Source: Phallusia mammillata (Eukaryota). Taken from it: a stretch of 64,000 nt of DNA. Positions 21,471 to 35,837 of this stretch are shown one piece after another (the first letter of the stretch is position 1; each line of letters begins with the position of its first letter). The position numbers and the translations under genes are program-made. The stretch covers positions 12,214,001 to 12,278,000 of the forward strand of contig OZ281496.1 in assembly GCA_965637545.1 (NCBI GenBank). Direction: 5' to 3'. Under the pieces are notes generated by a model. It was not told the origin of the DNA. It worked only from the letters and a program-made list of their open reading frames with translations, and searched no databases.

Positions 21471-21869
21471 TTAACAAGGATCTTGTTTTTTGTTAGGCTT
21501 AAAAGTTAAGCTACTTGTTTTTCAATAAAATTGCATTTCAGCTTTGCCACTCACTGAGTTACCTCTGTGGGCCATTTCTCACAGTTAAAAAACTGCATTG
21601 CTACGTGACTGACTTTTCTCGTATTTGCCGATTAAAGCATTTCATTTGAGGGTGTGCTGTCGGTGTTTTTGGTGAAGTACACGGGGAGTAGTTACGTACA
21701 TGCGGTAATTACGGAGATTGCAGAGGTGACCTGTTACGCCGTCCGAAGAAGCTGGCCACTTTTCCGAAAGGACTGCGTTACAACTCGGGAACCTTCACTT
21801 CAGAGTACTTTTCTTTTAACACGGTGTCGCGCTGAAGATCTACCAACTCCATCTGAAACTCCTCTAAAA

Positions 21870-22760
21870 CCGAATGAACATTCACAGACATTGGAGTAGA
21901 AAAGAGCGTGAATTATTTTTCCAATGTGAAAAAGTCTGGAAATCGGCGGTCAAATTTCCCATGCAGCATCATGGTTTTATCTGCATATTGCTTCATGGCG
22001 CTATTCTCAACGTTATTAAGAGTTGGAAAGTGGGCGAAGTTCCCGACCTTCAACTGGGATGCCCACAACAACAATTTGCACTTAAACGATTTTATGGCAT
22101 CAAACTTGATTGTTACCACCTTTGACGGACCTTGTAAAAAAGTATTCAACTTGTTCAAATGTGATGTTAGGTCACATAGAAATGCTAGTTCTGAATTAAT
22201 TTTGGTTCAGCAAGCTCCGGTATGTCGGCTTGTTTCAAAGCCATGAACAGACCAATATCATCCCTCTAGGCGAAAAAAACGTTTTAGCACATTTCCGACC
22301 GCAACTGGGCCAGCGTACATCTGTATGGTAAAGTATTTCACCATACTCACTTTCCATGGCTTCAAGGAATGATTTGAACTGCCTATGATTAAGACCCCGT
22401 CATCGGATAAAATTTACAGTTTTTACAACTTCCCCCATAACATCGTGCATTTCTAACGCTTTACCACACAGGGCCTCTTGGTGTATGCAGTGCACGGCGT
22501 GAATCGACACACCCAATTCTAGCATCTTGTTTCGAAGAAGCCCAACCAAACCTATTCTTTCAGATCGCATGGCAGGCGCCCCAACCATCAAACCACTTTG
22601 GATGCAGAGATTCTCTTCAAAAGCGGGACTTCAAATTCAGTTCACTTTATTCTTCCGAAGCTGGTCTTCATCTTTTAAGTTCACCTTATTCACACAGGAT
22701 CTCGCTTTCTTGTTGTCACAAAACTTGAACGCTCTAAAACGACGCTGTTCCCTCAACAGC
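21870..22760 (-). mobile_element. hAT (Buster/Charlie, GTF2IRD2-like) transposase relic
   Basis: GAPAM...HCIHQEALCGK...VVKTVNFIR and MNKLNTFLQG...KCKLLLW...FAHFPTL. Confidence 0.85.
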
Positions 22761-23339
22761 CTTCCATAAGAGAGCTGTTGCCAATCAGTTTATGCTGTCC
22801 GGGAGGATCTTCTAGTTTCTAGCAGGTTCGTCGGCATGCCAGGTCCCTTTCCTAGGCGTTATTGCGTATAACGGCTCACGTACAGTGTCGAAAACACGTT
22901 CGTTCGCATCAAAGCTATAAATAACTTTCAACAGGACAAGGCGTCGGTACAGCAGTAAATCGCTTCATCGGCATGTATTGCGATGGTAAAAACGAAGTTT
23001 TTGCGATGTATTTATACAACAACCTAAACATCCGCAACAACGATCTTTGTTGGAACTTGAAAACGTATTTACATGTGAACACACAAAAATGGAATGTCTA
23101 TCGGCCTGGAGCTTCAGCCAAAATCTTTTTGTAATTTACGTGTCAGTTCCTGGTCCGCAATCCGAAACAGATTTTTGAAAAAACAACGTTATTTTCCTCA
23201 TTTTCTTAGATAGACATGACATTATTACCACATTAACTTGGTTTCTACTCCAACTTGATGCCCCTGACGTAAATATGCACAAGGAATGAATTTATATATA
23301 ACATGGTACAGCACTAGTAGACAGATTGAAAGGTTAACG

Positions 23340-23548
23340 CAGTTCTCAAACTGTGCGCCGCGATGCCCTGGTGCGCCGTTTCAATTTTCCTAGGGCGTTA
23401 CAGAATAGTTCCGTTTCGTGGCTTTTTGTTGTTGTGTAAATGCAACTTTAATAATCAGTTTCCTCATTAACTTTTATTTGCTGGTGCGTCGTAAGTCCTG
23501 AAAACTTTTCCACGGGCGTCGCAACAAAAAAACGTTTGAGAACTACTG
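23340..23548. mobile_element. Eroded hAT-type MITE
   Basis: CAGTTCTCAAAC...GTTTGAGAACTACTG terminal inverted match; no TSD. Confidence 0.5.
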
Positions 23549-23949
23549 GATGAATGTGTAAACACCCAGTCGAACGAGTTTATTTGTTACGAAACAATGC
23601 CTTAGTTTAAAACGTCAATATACTATCACAATGGGCTTTGTGAATTACAAGTGTTACTGATTCACAGCATTTGAAGCCGTCAATCCAAGGACGAAACCCA
23701 TTTTTTAAAGCGCGTCACGCCATTTGACCAATCTATGATACGCACTTAGCAATACAATCGCTTTTGAGAAAGTCGTAATGCCAGTTAGTTGCCTGTCCCC
23801 TCAAATTTCCGCTAGTTGCGCCACTGCTTACAACGCTTACCAAAAGTTGTAAAAAAGCAGTGTTCATTCAATTTCGATCCACAGTGTTCATGAAATAGCC
23901 GAGAGTAATACCTGGTACGCTCAGAGATTCCTTGAACAAATCCTATTTC

Positions 23950-26700
23950 TTACTGTCATAAAAATGACACTTCTTCCATTGCGTTTAAAAATGGAACTAC
24001 ATCTAAATTATTGTACCAGCACAAAAAGTCATGCATCGACTTCATAACATACCGATTCCAAACTTTGCAACAACGTTCATAATCGGTCTCAGAAATAGTG
24101 GAACACTTCAAGGAACTGTAAAAAGGAGGCGTAGGAGTGGTTTGGTGCAAGAAAATTGCGCATATCTAAATACTTAAATTTACCAGTTTGAACACACATG
24201 TAGTTGTTATTCTTTTTTACAATAAAATTGATCTTAACGTTTCATTAAATTAATGTCATACTTGCCACCGTTGAATGAGTTCACTGGCAGGACGGTGAGG
24301 TTTTGGACACTGCCGCAGGCGAATGAGAGGATGTGGACACAGAGGTCTCTTGTACGCACAAGAGGCAACCGACTGTCACGTTCCCGTTTTCACGGTTACA
24401 CGAAAGATTGGGACTGACTATGGAAGTTCATTAACAGCTAACGCTCGTGTACTCTGATCGGCAAGAAACCTTTCCTTTTACATTTATTCACGTCCAACCA
24501 CACGTAATCAAAACAACAATCCAACACTACTTCGCAGTTATCTCTATCTTACTCTGAATCATTGTTTTTTTTGGTACATCGTGAAATAGGGGCTCTTATA
24601 TCGCTTGCGTAACAATGATTGGGGGAAAGGCGTAACTCACTATGACCATTTTCTTTAGATAAAACAATGAACACTGCAACGAGCGACGCGATAAAACTGG
24701 CACACTAGAACAATGACAACACAATAGCGCCTGCAACGATAGAATCCAGACGAACCGACATTGTCCATGATCCGCGGTAATTGGGTCGCAGGATATTGTC
24801 ATGGGGCGGTCTAGAATATTTGTGACACGTGTCACCCTGTCCGTGAGCTTACCCGCGTCACCAGAAGTCACAAAACACAGTGGATTTTCAAAACTGGAAA
24901 CATGAGAACACACAGATACGCTCAAAGGTAAATGTTCGGCTTGGTACTTTGTTTGGGGCGTGTCACTTGGGAGATGGTCGGTGAAAGAGTACGCCTCCAA
25001 ATCAAACGTGGTACGAAATGAAAAGAACCTTAAAGCAGTGGGTACGTTAATACTCACTGCCGCAAGTCGATCTATCACTGTTGGAGGGATTAGCAAACCC
25101 TCATGCGACCTACACTTCTCACCATTTCACTAAAAGGATGGGCAAACATAAGTAGGAGCAAAGTTTTCCACATCCCTGATGTAACTAAAGTGCCGCTTGT
25201 ACAGGTGTAGGTTCAACACCCGATCCGTTTTCACGAACTTGCATCTAACACTGTCTTGCACTGGACACTGTCGTCAACATCTTCGTCGCCGATTTACCCC
25301 AATCAACTCCTCTACCACTCCAACGCCAGGAAATTTTGATACACTAACTCCGACGGTGTATTTAACTGCGTCCTTTTCCACGTCATGAAACTGGAGAATA
25401 TGTGGCGCCAAACAGCTGAAAAAACATAAATTGTCAGAAAAAAGCTTTTCTTGTTGGAGGTCGGAAATCGCGGCAGGTCGCAAGGAGTCCTATGTGGAAA
25501 TATCTAGGGTTGGGCATTTGACCGGTCAAATAAAATCTGGTCAATTGACCGGTCAAATACTTGTCAAATAGGTCAAATATCGGTCAAATACTAAACACAT
25601 TATTAAACCGCAATTTTAGTTAAAAGTTAGAAGTTAAATCTTCTTCTAAACCATAAGTTATGGAAATGAAGGTTTCAACTCATGTAAATTTGTTTGTGAA
25701 ATAGGAAATGTGCAGTTTATATTATATTACAGAATTTTCCGACTGCATTGCATGCTTCATTTTATCAATGGCCCCACCTGTGTGTCTCTAATTTTCATTC
25801 AGTAATCACATTTGTGAACTGGATTCTCATAGTATTCTATATACATCAGATTTAAGTCTAATTTTGACTGAGATTTAACTGCAAAACTCGCTTATCCTGC
25901 TTAAAAGTCGTAATTTATGCTGTTACGCTGTTGTCACATCTCCATTCATGACAAAAAAGGAATATACAAAGGCTCGATATGTACGTACTTTATCTTAATA
26001 AGTACTGACCTGTAACTTATCCACAAACATCTATTCAGGGCAATTATAAGCTAAATATATGGCTACAAACAATTTTTGGGTCAACTATAGAAAAAAGGAC
26101 TGTAGACCTACAAGTTTACACAGCTGCTTTAAATTACTTAGATTTTTTATCTGCCAGTAAAAATGTGCAACATTTGCAAAAATGCCCAGATAAATACTAA
26201 TGAACTAACTTCCTCTCATGGACACATCACACTAGATTTTTATTAAGATAAAACGGTGCTAGAAGTGATCTATATTTTTTATTTGCATTGTAAACCTTGC
26301 AAAGTTTGCCACGACGTAAATCAGATCTTAATTTCGAATTAAAAGTATCTCCTAATTGTTTTGGCATTAATTTCAAATGAACAAAACACATCTATATTGG
26401 CTTTAAAAGCACTTATTAATACAAGAATTTGCCATAAACTGTTCTACCTGAGGGTTATTAGAAATAATTTATCCTTTCCTGACAACCAAAAAGCAAGTTC
26501 AAGAATATATAGTATTTGACCGGTTAAATAAAGTGCTGTCAATTGACCGGTCAATTGACCGTATTTGACTGGTCAATTGACCGGCTTGCCAACCCTAGAA
26601 ATATCAGAGTTGTTTTAGAAGACAGATTTTTAATAATTTTGGAGTTATCTTTGTAGCTGGACAAGGTTGCATGGCGACCCAAGTCTTCTAAATAAATATA
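23950..26700 (-). pseudogene. Polinton/Adintovirus-like protein-primed DNA polymerase B relic (copy 1), interrupted by a hAT element
   Basis: DNLCFFSCLA, LNLHLYKRHFSYI, FDLEAY...EHLPLSVSVCS, LPVNSFNGGKYDINLMKR and FYSSLK...WYNNLDVVPFLNA. Confidence 0.78.
25505..26597. mobile_element. Non-autonomous hAT-type element (1093 bp) with palindromic subterminal repeats
   Basis: Ends TAGGGTTGG...CCAACCCTA; perfect 8-bp TSD GAAATATC at 25497-25504 and 26598-26605; arrays of TTGACCGGTCAA at both ends. Confidence 0.92.
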
Positions 26701-27059
26701 CAAAAAATGTTCGAAAAAGCTTACCTTGCAGGATGCCTGACCAGAGCAAAGACCATGGCAGAACACGAGTTTGAATGGCATCTATGAACTTTGGTTGTTA
26801 TTAATTTGATGTGCGAGTGTCCGCTGTGTTTTGCTTTTGTTTTTTTCTGATTGGTGGCTGTCGGTGTTTGATAGAAACTCTCCCGAATGCTGCGAAAAAA
26901 CAAATATCACGATAATGTTTCGGTGAAAAATTCAATGCTAACTTACATAACTTGTCTCCACTTGCATGAAGCTTGGATTTGATTCTATTAGGTCTTTTAA
27001 GTTCCGCGAAGCTTGCTTCATATCTCTCTTTACGCTTTGTTGTGCACACCACGGCCAGA

Positions 27060-27790
27060 TGGTAAACTATAAAGGTATCGAGGTTGATAAGATCATCATA
27101 CCGAAGGTGTGCATCCCGAATTTGTAATGCCGGGGAAAGCTGAAAAAAGGTTAGTCTTGCAACATTTACTATAACTTAAAAAGGATTTTTGCAACATTCA
27201 CTTCTGTTTTGGCATTCGTTTAGCATTCTTCATTTTGTGACTTGCACAAATATGTAAAAACGATTTATCAACAAAGGTTTCTTTATGTTTCCCCGTAGCG
27301 ATTTGCCAGCAAGTCGTTAAGTATAAGTCAATTTATGTTTGAAACACAGATGAAATATTAGAGTTTATAAGCGCGTACTACCGTCGCACATCATCAGCCG
27401 TGAGCACATGACAAAACGTGTTAAAAAATTAGATAGAGCTGGAATGTTGTGCCGAAAAGAAAACAAATCCTGCAACGGCGAGTGGTGGCTTTCCAGATAT
27501 TGGGTGGCGCACGACAATTTCATAAGTGTGTTTCACCGAGCATACATAAAGTCATCTCGTGAAATATTTTGATAAAGTTTAATAAGTTTGTCATTGTGCA
27601 AAATGATACCTTAAGGTTCCATAAAACCTACTTTGAGGTTACTTTCAAGTTTTTTGAAGAGTTCTTGTAAAAATTCGTTTTTTTACGGGCTTCCATACGG
27701 ATTTTCTTTATAGCTGCTTTGGTAGGACATTTTGTTGCGGCATCCATTGTCATATTCCTCTTTCGTTACACTTCGGAGGTTGTTGAAGAA
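27060..27790 (-). mobile_element. Possible MULE/NOF-FB-like transposase relic
   Basis: Only one recognisable peptide, YEIVVRHPISGKPPLAVAGF; heavily decayed. Confidence 0.3.
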
Positions 27791-27889
27791 ATGTTGAATG
27801 AAATTGTTTTTCAAACTTGCATCATAATAGCTTTCAAATGATTGCGACCAGCTGCTTCACAGTACCACGCACAGTTATTGTAACGACGT

Positions 27890-27990
27890 TCGCGGTAGAG
27901 CGCGAGTACCGGAAAGACTCCTGTCGTGGGTCGAATCCCACCGCAGGCAAGATTTTTCTAGTCTGTTCCATGCCATATGCAATGCTTGGG
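27890..27990 (+). mobile_element. tRNA-derived SINE head (eroded)
   Basis: A-box-like CGGTAGAGCG (27893-27902) and T-arm/B-box GTGGG-TCGAAT-CCCAC; no complete cloverleaf. Confidence 0.5.
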
Positions 27991-30559
27991 AAACCACTAT
28001 GAACGCCGTCTTTTAGGACCTTTTTATCATTTTTCTCCCGCCATGTGTTTTTAATCCACCCCTCGATATCTCTCAATATGTGATTTATGCAAAAGACATT
28101 CACATTTTACCTGCCAGTAACTATTGGGATATTTTTTTTGCTTTTGGGATTCAAATGGCCGAAAAAATATCATAAAAATTCCCTGTGGTAGTTTAAAAAT
28201 ATTCTTTCGTGTAACGTGAGCGCCACTGCAAAAATGAGAACATCCTAATTTTTGACAAAAAGTTGCCCAAAAAAAAGTTGGTTTATTCATTATTAAAAAG
28301 TATAGAAATGTTACAACATGATTCAAGACCCTCCGCTGCTGTTGGAGTGTTGAATGTTGACTGTTTAAGTGATTCATCAGGTTATTAGTGCCATCGGTCA
28401 AACTTGTAAATATATTATTCTTCCTTATAAAAAAGGATTTGTTGCAATGGTAATCATTTAGTTTTGCTATATTATGTTTTTTACATTGTTCTGTATTATT
28501 GTAATTGTACATTACAAACATTTATGAAATCCCAATTTGTTTTGCAGGACTTTGGTGTAAGTTAAGAAACAAAATGAAAAAACTTTGTCTCTGTCAGGTT
28601 GGTACATCTGATATAGTTTATTGTGGTTGGATGTGGTTGATACCTCCTTCTGTAAATGGCCTAATTCAGGTGATATACAGCAGATGGCTCGAAACTGTGT
28701 TCTACCTGAACCAAACTGGAAAGTGTATGCATGCAAAATATTATGCCAATCAAGTATGTATGTGTAAAAACTGACTTTTTAAAATTTGCAGGATTATAAG
28801 GACAAACAGGAATTGGCCATAACTTATTCATGGTTTAGGAAACAAACGGCAACCGACCAAGAAGTCTTTTAATTCAATTAAAATCATGTACAATTCAAAC
28901 AATTGCCAAAAATGATGTATAATCTTCATTTCAAATCAAATTATGTGAGTATACTAAAACACATATTTATAACTTTTACCATACTAATCATACTGCCAAG
29001 GGCCAACCATTTTTTTCTGAGGGGTAATGAAATTCACATCGTATAAGGATGCAACAATCGACAACATTGAAAATTTTCTTTGGCTGGTGTTGGGGATTGG
29101 GAAAAGAAATTGAAAATTTAAGTGAGAGTGACAGCAATACCAGCACAGACACCATACGATGTGAAGACTGCGATGAAACGACTTTTGTCCCAACCTACCG
29201 TTTAAACTGTTCGTTTGTTATGTTCGTTTCAACTAACCGTGTTTTGACCACTGTCAGTGCAAGACAATAAATAATTTTGCATTTGGTGTAAAGCAGGGAT
29301 ACGTGTGGCCAGGCTACTTCCACGTTAGGCCCATATGTAAGGCCTACCAAGGGAAATTAGCGATGATACCGTTCCTGTCTCCCGCCAGTGATAAATCTAT
29401 GGGGTAACTCCGATGAGCAAGTTATGGGCCATACTAAACTCGGAAGATATTTGGACTAAGGCCCGCACTAAAATTTCTGACTAGGTCTTTCACACTGATC
29501 TCCATAAACCCTGGATTGCGCTTGTAACGGTTGCAACATTATTGTGCAATGTTTATGATAACGGTAAGATGTTATTTCGCAATAACGTTTCACACCACGA
29601 AAAGGAAGTGTTAACCCTCATTTCTGCAGAGACTAATGTTTATATTTCCGTTTCTATGGTAGTCATAAGTTATTTTCAGCCATTTTTCGGGTTCCAGAAA
29701 GATCTAACAGTAAACATAGTATTTATTCCCTTATGACACATATTTCCGTCCGCATTGGCAATGTTTCCGCAGTTGTGTTTCGTATTAGAACGCGTCGTTT
29801 CCACCCTGTGTAAAAAGGATTTGATGTTCACTATATGGCGCTATGGCACTATAATTTACATGGCTACCTTAAAATAAATAATATAAGTAACATGAGAAAA
29901 GGAATTCGTACACCGGCCTATGTTTCGCACTGTTATATAAGCGTGGCCTTTGATGTTTTCGGGCGGGGATTTTTGGTTTCTATTTTTATCCCATGTGGAT
30001 GTGTAGGTCCACTACCATAATTAAGTAATTGCCCTCATCATTTATTTTCCAATCATTACAGACGGTCTACAGCAGTGGTTCTCACCCTTCACAGTAACTT
30101 TTTGGCCTCGTGGCGCCTTCTTCTAACCCTGTAAGTCCTCTGCCCCCCCGTAAAAAATTAAATGGCACTGCACTAAATTTAGGATCTACTGGACTTAATT
30201 TAGGATCTACTCCAATAATGACAAAAATGTAAGGCTTTTCTTCCACCTCGAGTCCTCCGTGAAAGAGACCTTACTTATTCGAAAAATAAAAGCCATATGA
30301 ATTATATAGTTGCCATTTGGCACGTGCCATTTTGTATTACATGGCTCTTTTTGGTATTACGATTTGCATGTAATTTCAATTTATTTCAGAAAATTCAGTC
30401 ACTTTTGCAGGTGTACACATTTTTTGTATGGTATAAATCAGAAAAATTACAAATACATTTTATGTTAAACCATAAAATAAATGATAATAAAATCTCAATG
30501 TTTTGTCGTCCAATTGTAGAAGGGAAAGGAAAAGAAACATCGAATTAAACTGAGATGGA

Positions 30560-31150
30560 GTCATCTGATGTCCAATGTTTTGTCCTGAAAATGATGGAAA
30601 CGGTTTTTAGTCGGGTTAAACTTACGGCCTTCCAGCAATTACCCTACGTGACACAAAGCATTCTCCATCTTTAAATTGATTGAGCACAGCTTCCATGGCT
30701 ATTTGACTTTTAATCAGATACCAAAGAGAATCGGCATGTAATTTAAGACAGCAAAGGAGAGTTTTGTCAGCATGGTTTTAATCTGATTAAAAGCAGAAAG
30801 AGATTGATGAGACCAATTAAGAGGACGACAATTTGAAGGATTTATTTAAAGCATAGAGTTAAGAAATTGGAGAGTTATGCAGCACGTGGAAAGTAAAACG
30901 TCGATTGAGATTCCAAAAACCGACGTCGTTCAGCAACTGTGTTTGGCAAAGCAGCTGTTTTTCACAGCAGCTACGTGATCCTTAAAGAGGTCGTATACCA
31001 TCTTGACCGTCTTTTTGGTATTGTTTCGCAAATCAGGCATAGGTTGAAAAATAGTCTCAAGGCGTTTTCAGTTTTTGGAAAAAGAATGGCTAGCAATGAA
31101 AGAAGATCGTCAACAAAAGCAAAATAGGAATCCTCTAAACCAAGAACTAC
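30560..31150 (-). mobile_element. Ty3/Gypsy RT-RNase H relic
   Basis: FAFVDDLL, LPNTVAERRRFL, SAFNQIKTMLT and EAVLNQFKDGE in the expected order, with many frameshifts. Confidence 0.68.
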
Positions 31151-31829
31151 CTGGCCATTAGGATCACACCATCCACGGACCCCGCAAACATTTCGACGAT
31201 TGTTTTTTGTAATGTGTACTCCCAAACCACCGTCTAGACACACCCTGAGCCCCTGTGCGAATTTGGTAAGTTCGGCCTCTGTCAGATTGCAAACAAGACC
31301 TAGAGACACAAGTTGTCGCGTTTAAAACCCCCAGTCGGGGCCCTTTTCAGTGCCACTGGCCCGGGATTGCATGTGATGTAGGGTGGTAGTTCAACAGCCT
31401 GTCTAATTTAGCCCCCATTGAAAAAAAAAACGTTAAATTATCCAACTGGTACATCATCCAGGAGCTGTTTTCACGCTGAGCCTGTGTCCATGCGAGAGCG
31501 TTGCGTTGTAATGCATCAGATAGGAACGCAACGCAACAAGTGTTTCACGGCTCCACACAAGCACCGGCAAATCGAAACCATTAAAATTGTGAGATAAAAC
31601 CAAAACTTGCGTTGATTCTAACTGCTCCTGGCCACAGACGCAAACTGTCGTCGACTTACATGTTGTTTATTGGCAGTCTGCAATTGAACGTATATGCCAG
31701 GGGTGGCCAAACTGCGGCTCCCGAGCCGCATGCGTCTCGTTCAGCCTTTGACTGCGGCTCATTAATCAGTGATTATAAAACAATGCAGTCCGTCTATAGA
31801 CTGACTGTTTGTAATACCCAATGTACATT

Positions 31830-33800
31830 CTGAAAACGTAGCACAGAAGCGTACTACACTCTATGACGTACTCCTCTCAGTAACCTGAACGACAAATACA
31901 GTATACAGGAATCTCACTGTTGCAGTAAGTCTTTCTTCTGTACTGTTATTATTAGCCACCATGACACCACTTTTCGCCGACTTGCACGTTTTCTGGAGGA
32001 ATATCCAAACACACAGCGGCTGCAGACATTAAAAAAGGGCCACACTTTCCAGAATTGTTCGATTGTTTGGTAACACCAGAAAAAATACAATTCAGCTGTT
32101 TATGTTTACATGAAACAAGTTTGGTTAGAATGAACTGATCGTAAGGGCTATACTGCGCTTTAGGGGCGCTGTCATAAACAACAATCGTTTGTTCGGTGAA
32201 AAACTGTTAGATACAGTTAGCCAGTGATTTCCATGTACATTAACGATTTGGACAAACAATTTTGTGGGCGTGTATACCAGGTTTTTATTCGCTAATTCGG
32301 AGAAACAACTTTGTAAATCCATAACCATCGGAAACTACTGTGCCTACATGTACATTGCCGAGTCGATGTGCGAATCACCTAACCATTCATCTCGCTTGCA
32401 GCAAATCCGAATGATCTTGAGAATTCTTGAAAAATCTGGTGTTTCAGCACTGCAGCGTCTCGCCAAACAATCTTTCGGCATGCGACAGCTATCTTGCTTT
32501 TTGTCTGAAATCTGTTTTCGTTTACTCGTGCAACCCCGATGGTCGTTTACAGGGGCCTACATATACTTGCTTAGATTTTTATTTGGAGTCGTTACTCTTG
32601 TTCGCTTGCTCCACTTTTCCTCAGGCTCTGACGACTCTGTTTTTGTTCTCTTACGTTTTGCTCTTTCTCTGACCCCATCTTTATACTGCCGAACAAGTCC
32701 AAGATGCGTATCTGCATAAAGCCATGCAAACTCATGCACCCTCTTCTCTTTAACTCTTGCTGACTCTTTTCCATACTACCCTGCGTTCTATCGTCTTTCG
32801 TAAAGTTTTGCTGGACTCTGTTTGCACCTTCACAACAATAATTTTTGTAAGCAAGTGTGTCCCCGTGCCGAGCATCAATCCTGACCAAAGCGACATTTTC
32901 GGAAGATTGTATTTAATAATTTCTTCCCAAAGTTCTGGACAAAAAAATCATTGGTTTTTGAACCTTACCATCTGATTGCGTTGTCTTTAGCCCGCGTGAT
33001 TACTTTTTTTAAGTTATCAAACAATGTGTCGGACGTTACAGCCAAAGTTTCGCCAAACTAGACATCGTCGTTTGCGTCCGAAACGTTTTTTTCGGAAAAG
33101 TTAACCTCACTATTGCGGCTAACTTTCTGCTGCAAAATCGTCCCCAGCTTCCCTCTATGTAAAGCGCGTCCAGCGTAGGAAACAAAGTTGTCATATGATA
33201 CACAATTTGTTTTATTTCCTCCATGGATTTTGAAGTTTTTCATGTTCTTTGCAGCGTGGCTGCCACACAAATGCATAAACACGGCTTTGCAAACGTTTCT
33301 GCGATTTTCAAAACAACGAGAAAAAGAGGTTTCCAAACCATCCTAAGAAAACTTAGCCAAAACAGATAGGATGAGCTGAACACTACCGTCAAAGCCAGGG
33401 GTGCGTTTTGCTGCAAAATGTCCCAGAAAATGTTTATTTGATGTTGTGTTGTGAGGTACTCTACCCTTGTGCGGATTTCGTAAGCTGCATTAAACAGGGT
33501 TCTGTCATGAAAACGTCGCTATGTCTGTTCTGACCAAAGCATAATAGAACGCGGCTCGCACGGCCATTTTCTAAAAACACCTGGAAGATTTTTTCCGACA
33601 CTGTTTTCTTTCGGTCTGCCTCCAACTCGTTTTCATCTGAAACCTGGGTTTGTGATTCGGGATCCATTTGACCTGCTTTCCGCGGAAAAAAATAGCATTT
33701 GTTCTGTAATAATAGTTGTCATAAGAGCACAATAGCGTATGTAACCTATAGCCTGCAGTAATTCTTACAACTCTTTTCGGGAGAATCAAAAGGTTTTCGT
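31830..33800 (-). mobile_element. Decayed DNA-transposon ORF with Ulp1/C48-protease-like and PHD-finger remnants (MULE-like)
   Basis: HLCGSHAAK; FVQIVNVHGNHWLTVSN (Ulp1-like HW motif); VYCICR...VIECS (PHD-like). Confidence 0.5.
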
Positions 33801-35837
33801 TTTCACTGCTGTTTTAGATGCACGATATGCATCTTGCATGGTGATTTTTGCGTCTTAAAAGCTAATGAATAGCTGTTAAAAAGACCCGATCTTGTAAACC
33901 TGTTTTGTAACTTATCTAGAAACAAAACTGCGTTTTGGACTTGTAGCGGCAATGCTATTTGGTTAAAAATAGGACTAATTGGGTTGGTAACAAACATGCC
34001 TCTTATTTGAAACTATCTGGAACATTGCTCACGCAGATATTAAACGGACAATTTGAAACATTGAAAAAAATACAATGCGATCGGGGTTGTCGAGTGTTAC
34101 GACAATTGACAGTTGCTGGCAGGACGTTAATTGTAAGGACCCTGATATTTTCGTGGTATGAATGACAACGAAGTGAGTTCAGACAGATTGGACAAGTATG
34201 AATGAAGCTATCAACCGTAGATACACGAGTCGAAGGGGATTAACTGCTTGTAATGATGTCAAAAGAGCATGTTTATATCATCACATAAATTCAGTTTTAC
34301 ACTCCTCAGCTTCTGTCTTAAGATTTCCACAATTCTGTGAAATTCTTATATTAGAACTACCACACTTGAAATTTGTGGTCAAATTTGACTGCAAGCATTA
34401 TCGATGGGAGCCTCCTATCTCTGTGTCACATAGGTACTTGGCTACAAGCATATTTTTGTTGTGAGAAGTAAAATAGCTGATCACCATCAAATACTTTGTT
34501 GTTTAGGAAACATCTCAATAAATAGTGGTGTCAAGACCCGAGATCGAAGAAAACAACTGTTTTGCTGACAAAACACATATGGTTCAAAGAATCAGCAAAA
34601 CTGACAATTTGCAGTAAAAGGATTATGACAAATACTAGTCGCTAAAGAGCTAGTGGATACTTCATGTGATGTTTTTTTCTGTGCCAAAGCACGGAACAGC
34701 ATTTCCAGTATATCAGTGGAAAGGTCATCAACTTTAGTTGTGACATATGGACCAACGAATGATGGGAATTTTGAAAAAAATGATTTCAATACGGAATTGC
34801 TTTCAGCTTAATTTGTAAAGGCGTATCGTTTTTCTTAGTTAAGGGTTGGGGTACCAGGACAAAATACACCATCACCCTCAGCCCGCCAGTTTCACTTCGC
34901 CAAATTGCATGGTTGTCTGTGTCAAACAATTGGCTAAAGGGGTTAAACGTTAAGACGGTGTAGTATGATATTGGGACAAGTTGCGAGAACGAATTATAAG
35001 TGAAGCGAATTTGCATCTAAGCACAAAAATGATTAGCACATCTTCGCAGTTCGACCATAATGTGCAAGACAATTTGTGGTGATACCTTCTCGTGGTGGCG
35101 ATTAAACACGATGGAGGGGATTCCAAAAATGTTGTCCAGGATAAGTCGATGAAGAGCCTGGTGTCAACCAAATAAGGAAAATGGACGTCCTTTTTATGAG
35201 ATAACAAAGGTTGAGTCCTGGGCCAGAGCCTCTCCTCAAATGGGTCTACACCCCTGGCAAACGATAGAAAGCTCTTCAGACGCGGAGAAGTGAGGTCACC
35301 TTTTCATTTTTGTCGGGTAACGCATCGATCACTTTTTGTCATACCATATTCGTGACTTTCAGCAGAATCATTTATCTCACAATACGTAGATTATATTCAT
35401 TTTCTAAATGAGGTGTTATTTAACTTTGTGTCTAATCTGAAGAACGTTTGCGGACTATTTTTCAAATCTACGGTATGTAAGAAATGAAATAATAGCTTGT
35501 CTCGAGGTTTGTGTGGAGTTTGGAGACAGTTTTCAAACAAACGAATTAGCGATTTGCTCAAATTGACCCCATCAGCATTTGATGATGGCGATTTTGGAAC
35601 AAGAATTGCTTTGATTTTTGTTTTATGACAAACAGCAAAACTTAGTTCTGAAAAATGTGTGACCTTGCCAACAGTCGTTGGTTTTTTCCATCAAAACTTA
35701 TTCTTTTGCCAAAAAATCGCAATGGTTTTGATCCATCTATAACTTTACAGTAACGAGCACCACCAACTTTTTACCAATTTATGTGTAACGCAAATCGCCC
35801 GAACCAACATATGAATAAATGGCAGTAAGCAATTGCC

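Noticed and set aside
26720-27060. N-terminus of a separate DNA transposase
   Set aside because: Only vague YH and CFF remnants; not enough to name a family.
27885-27950. Functional tRNA gene
   Set aside because: The T-loop is one base short, and there is no anticodon arm or acceptor stem; treated as a SINE head.
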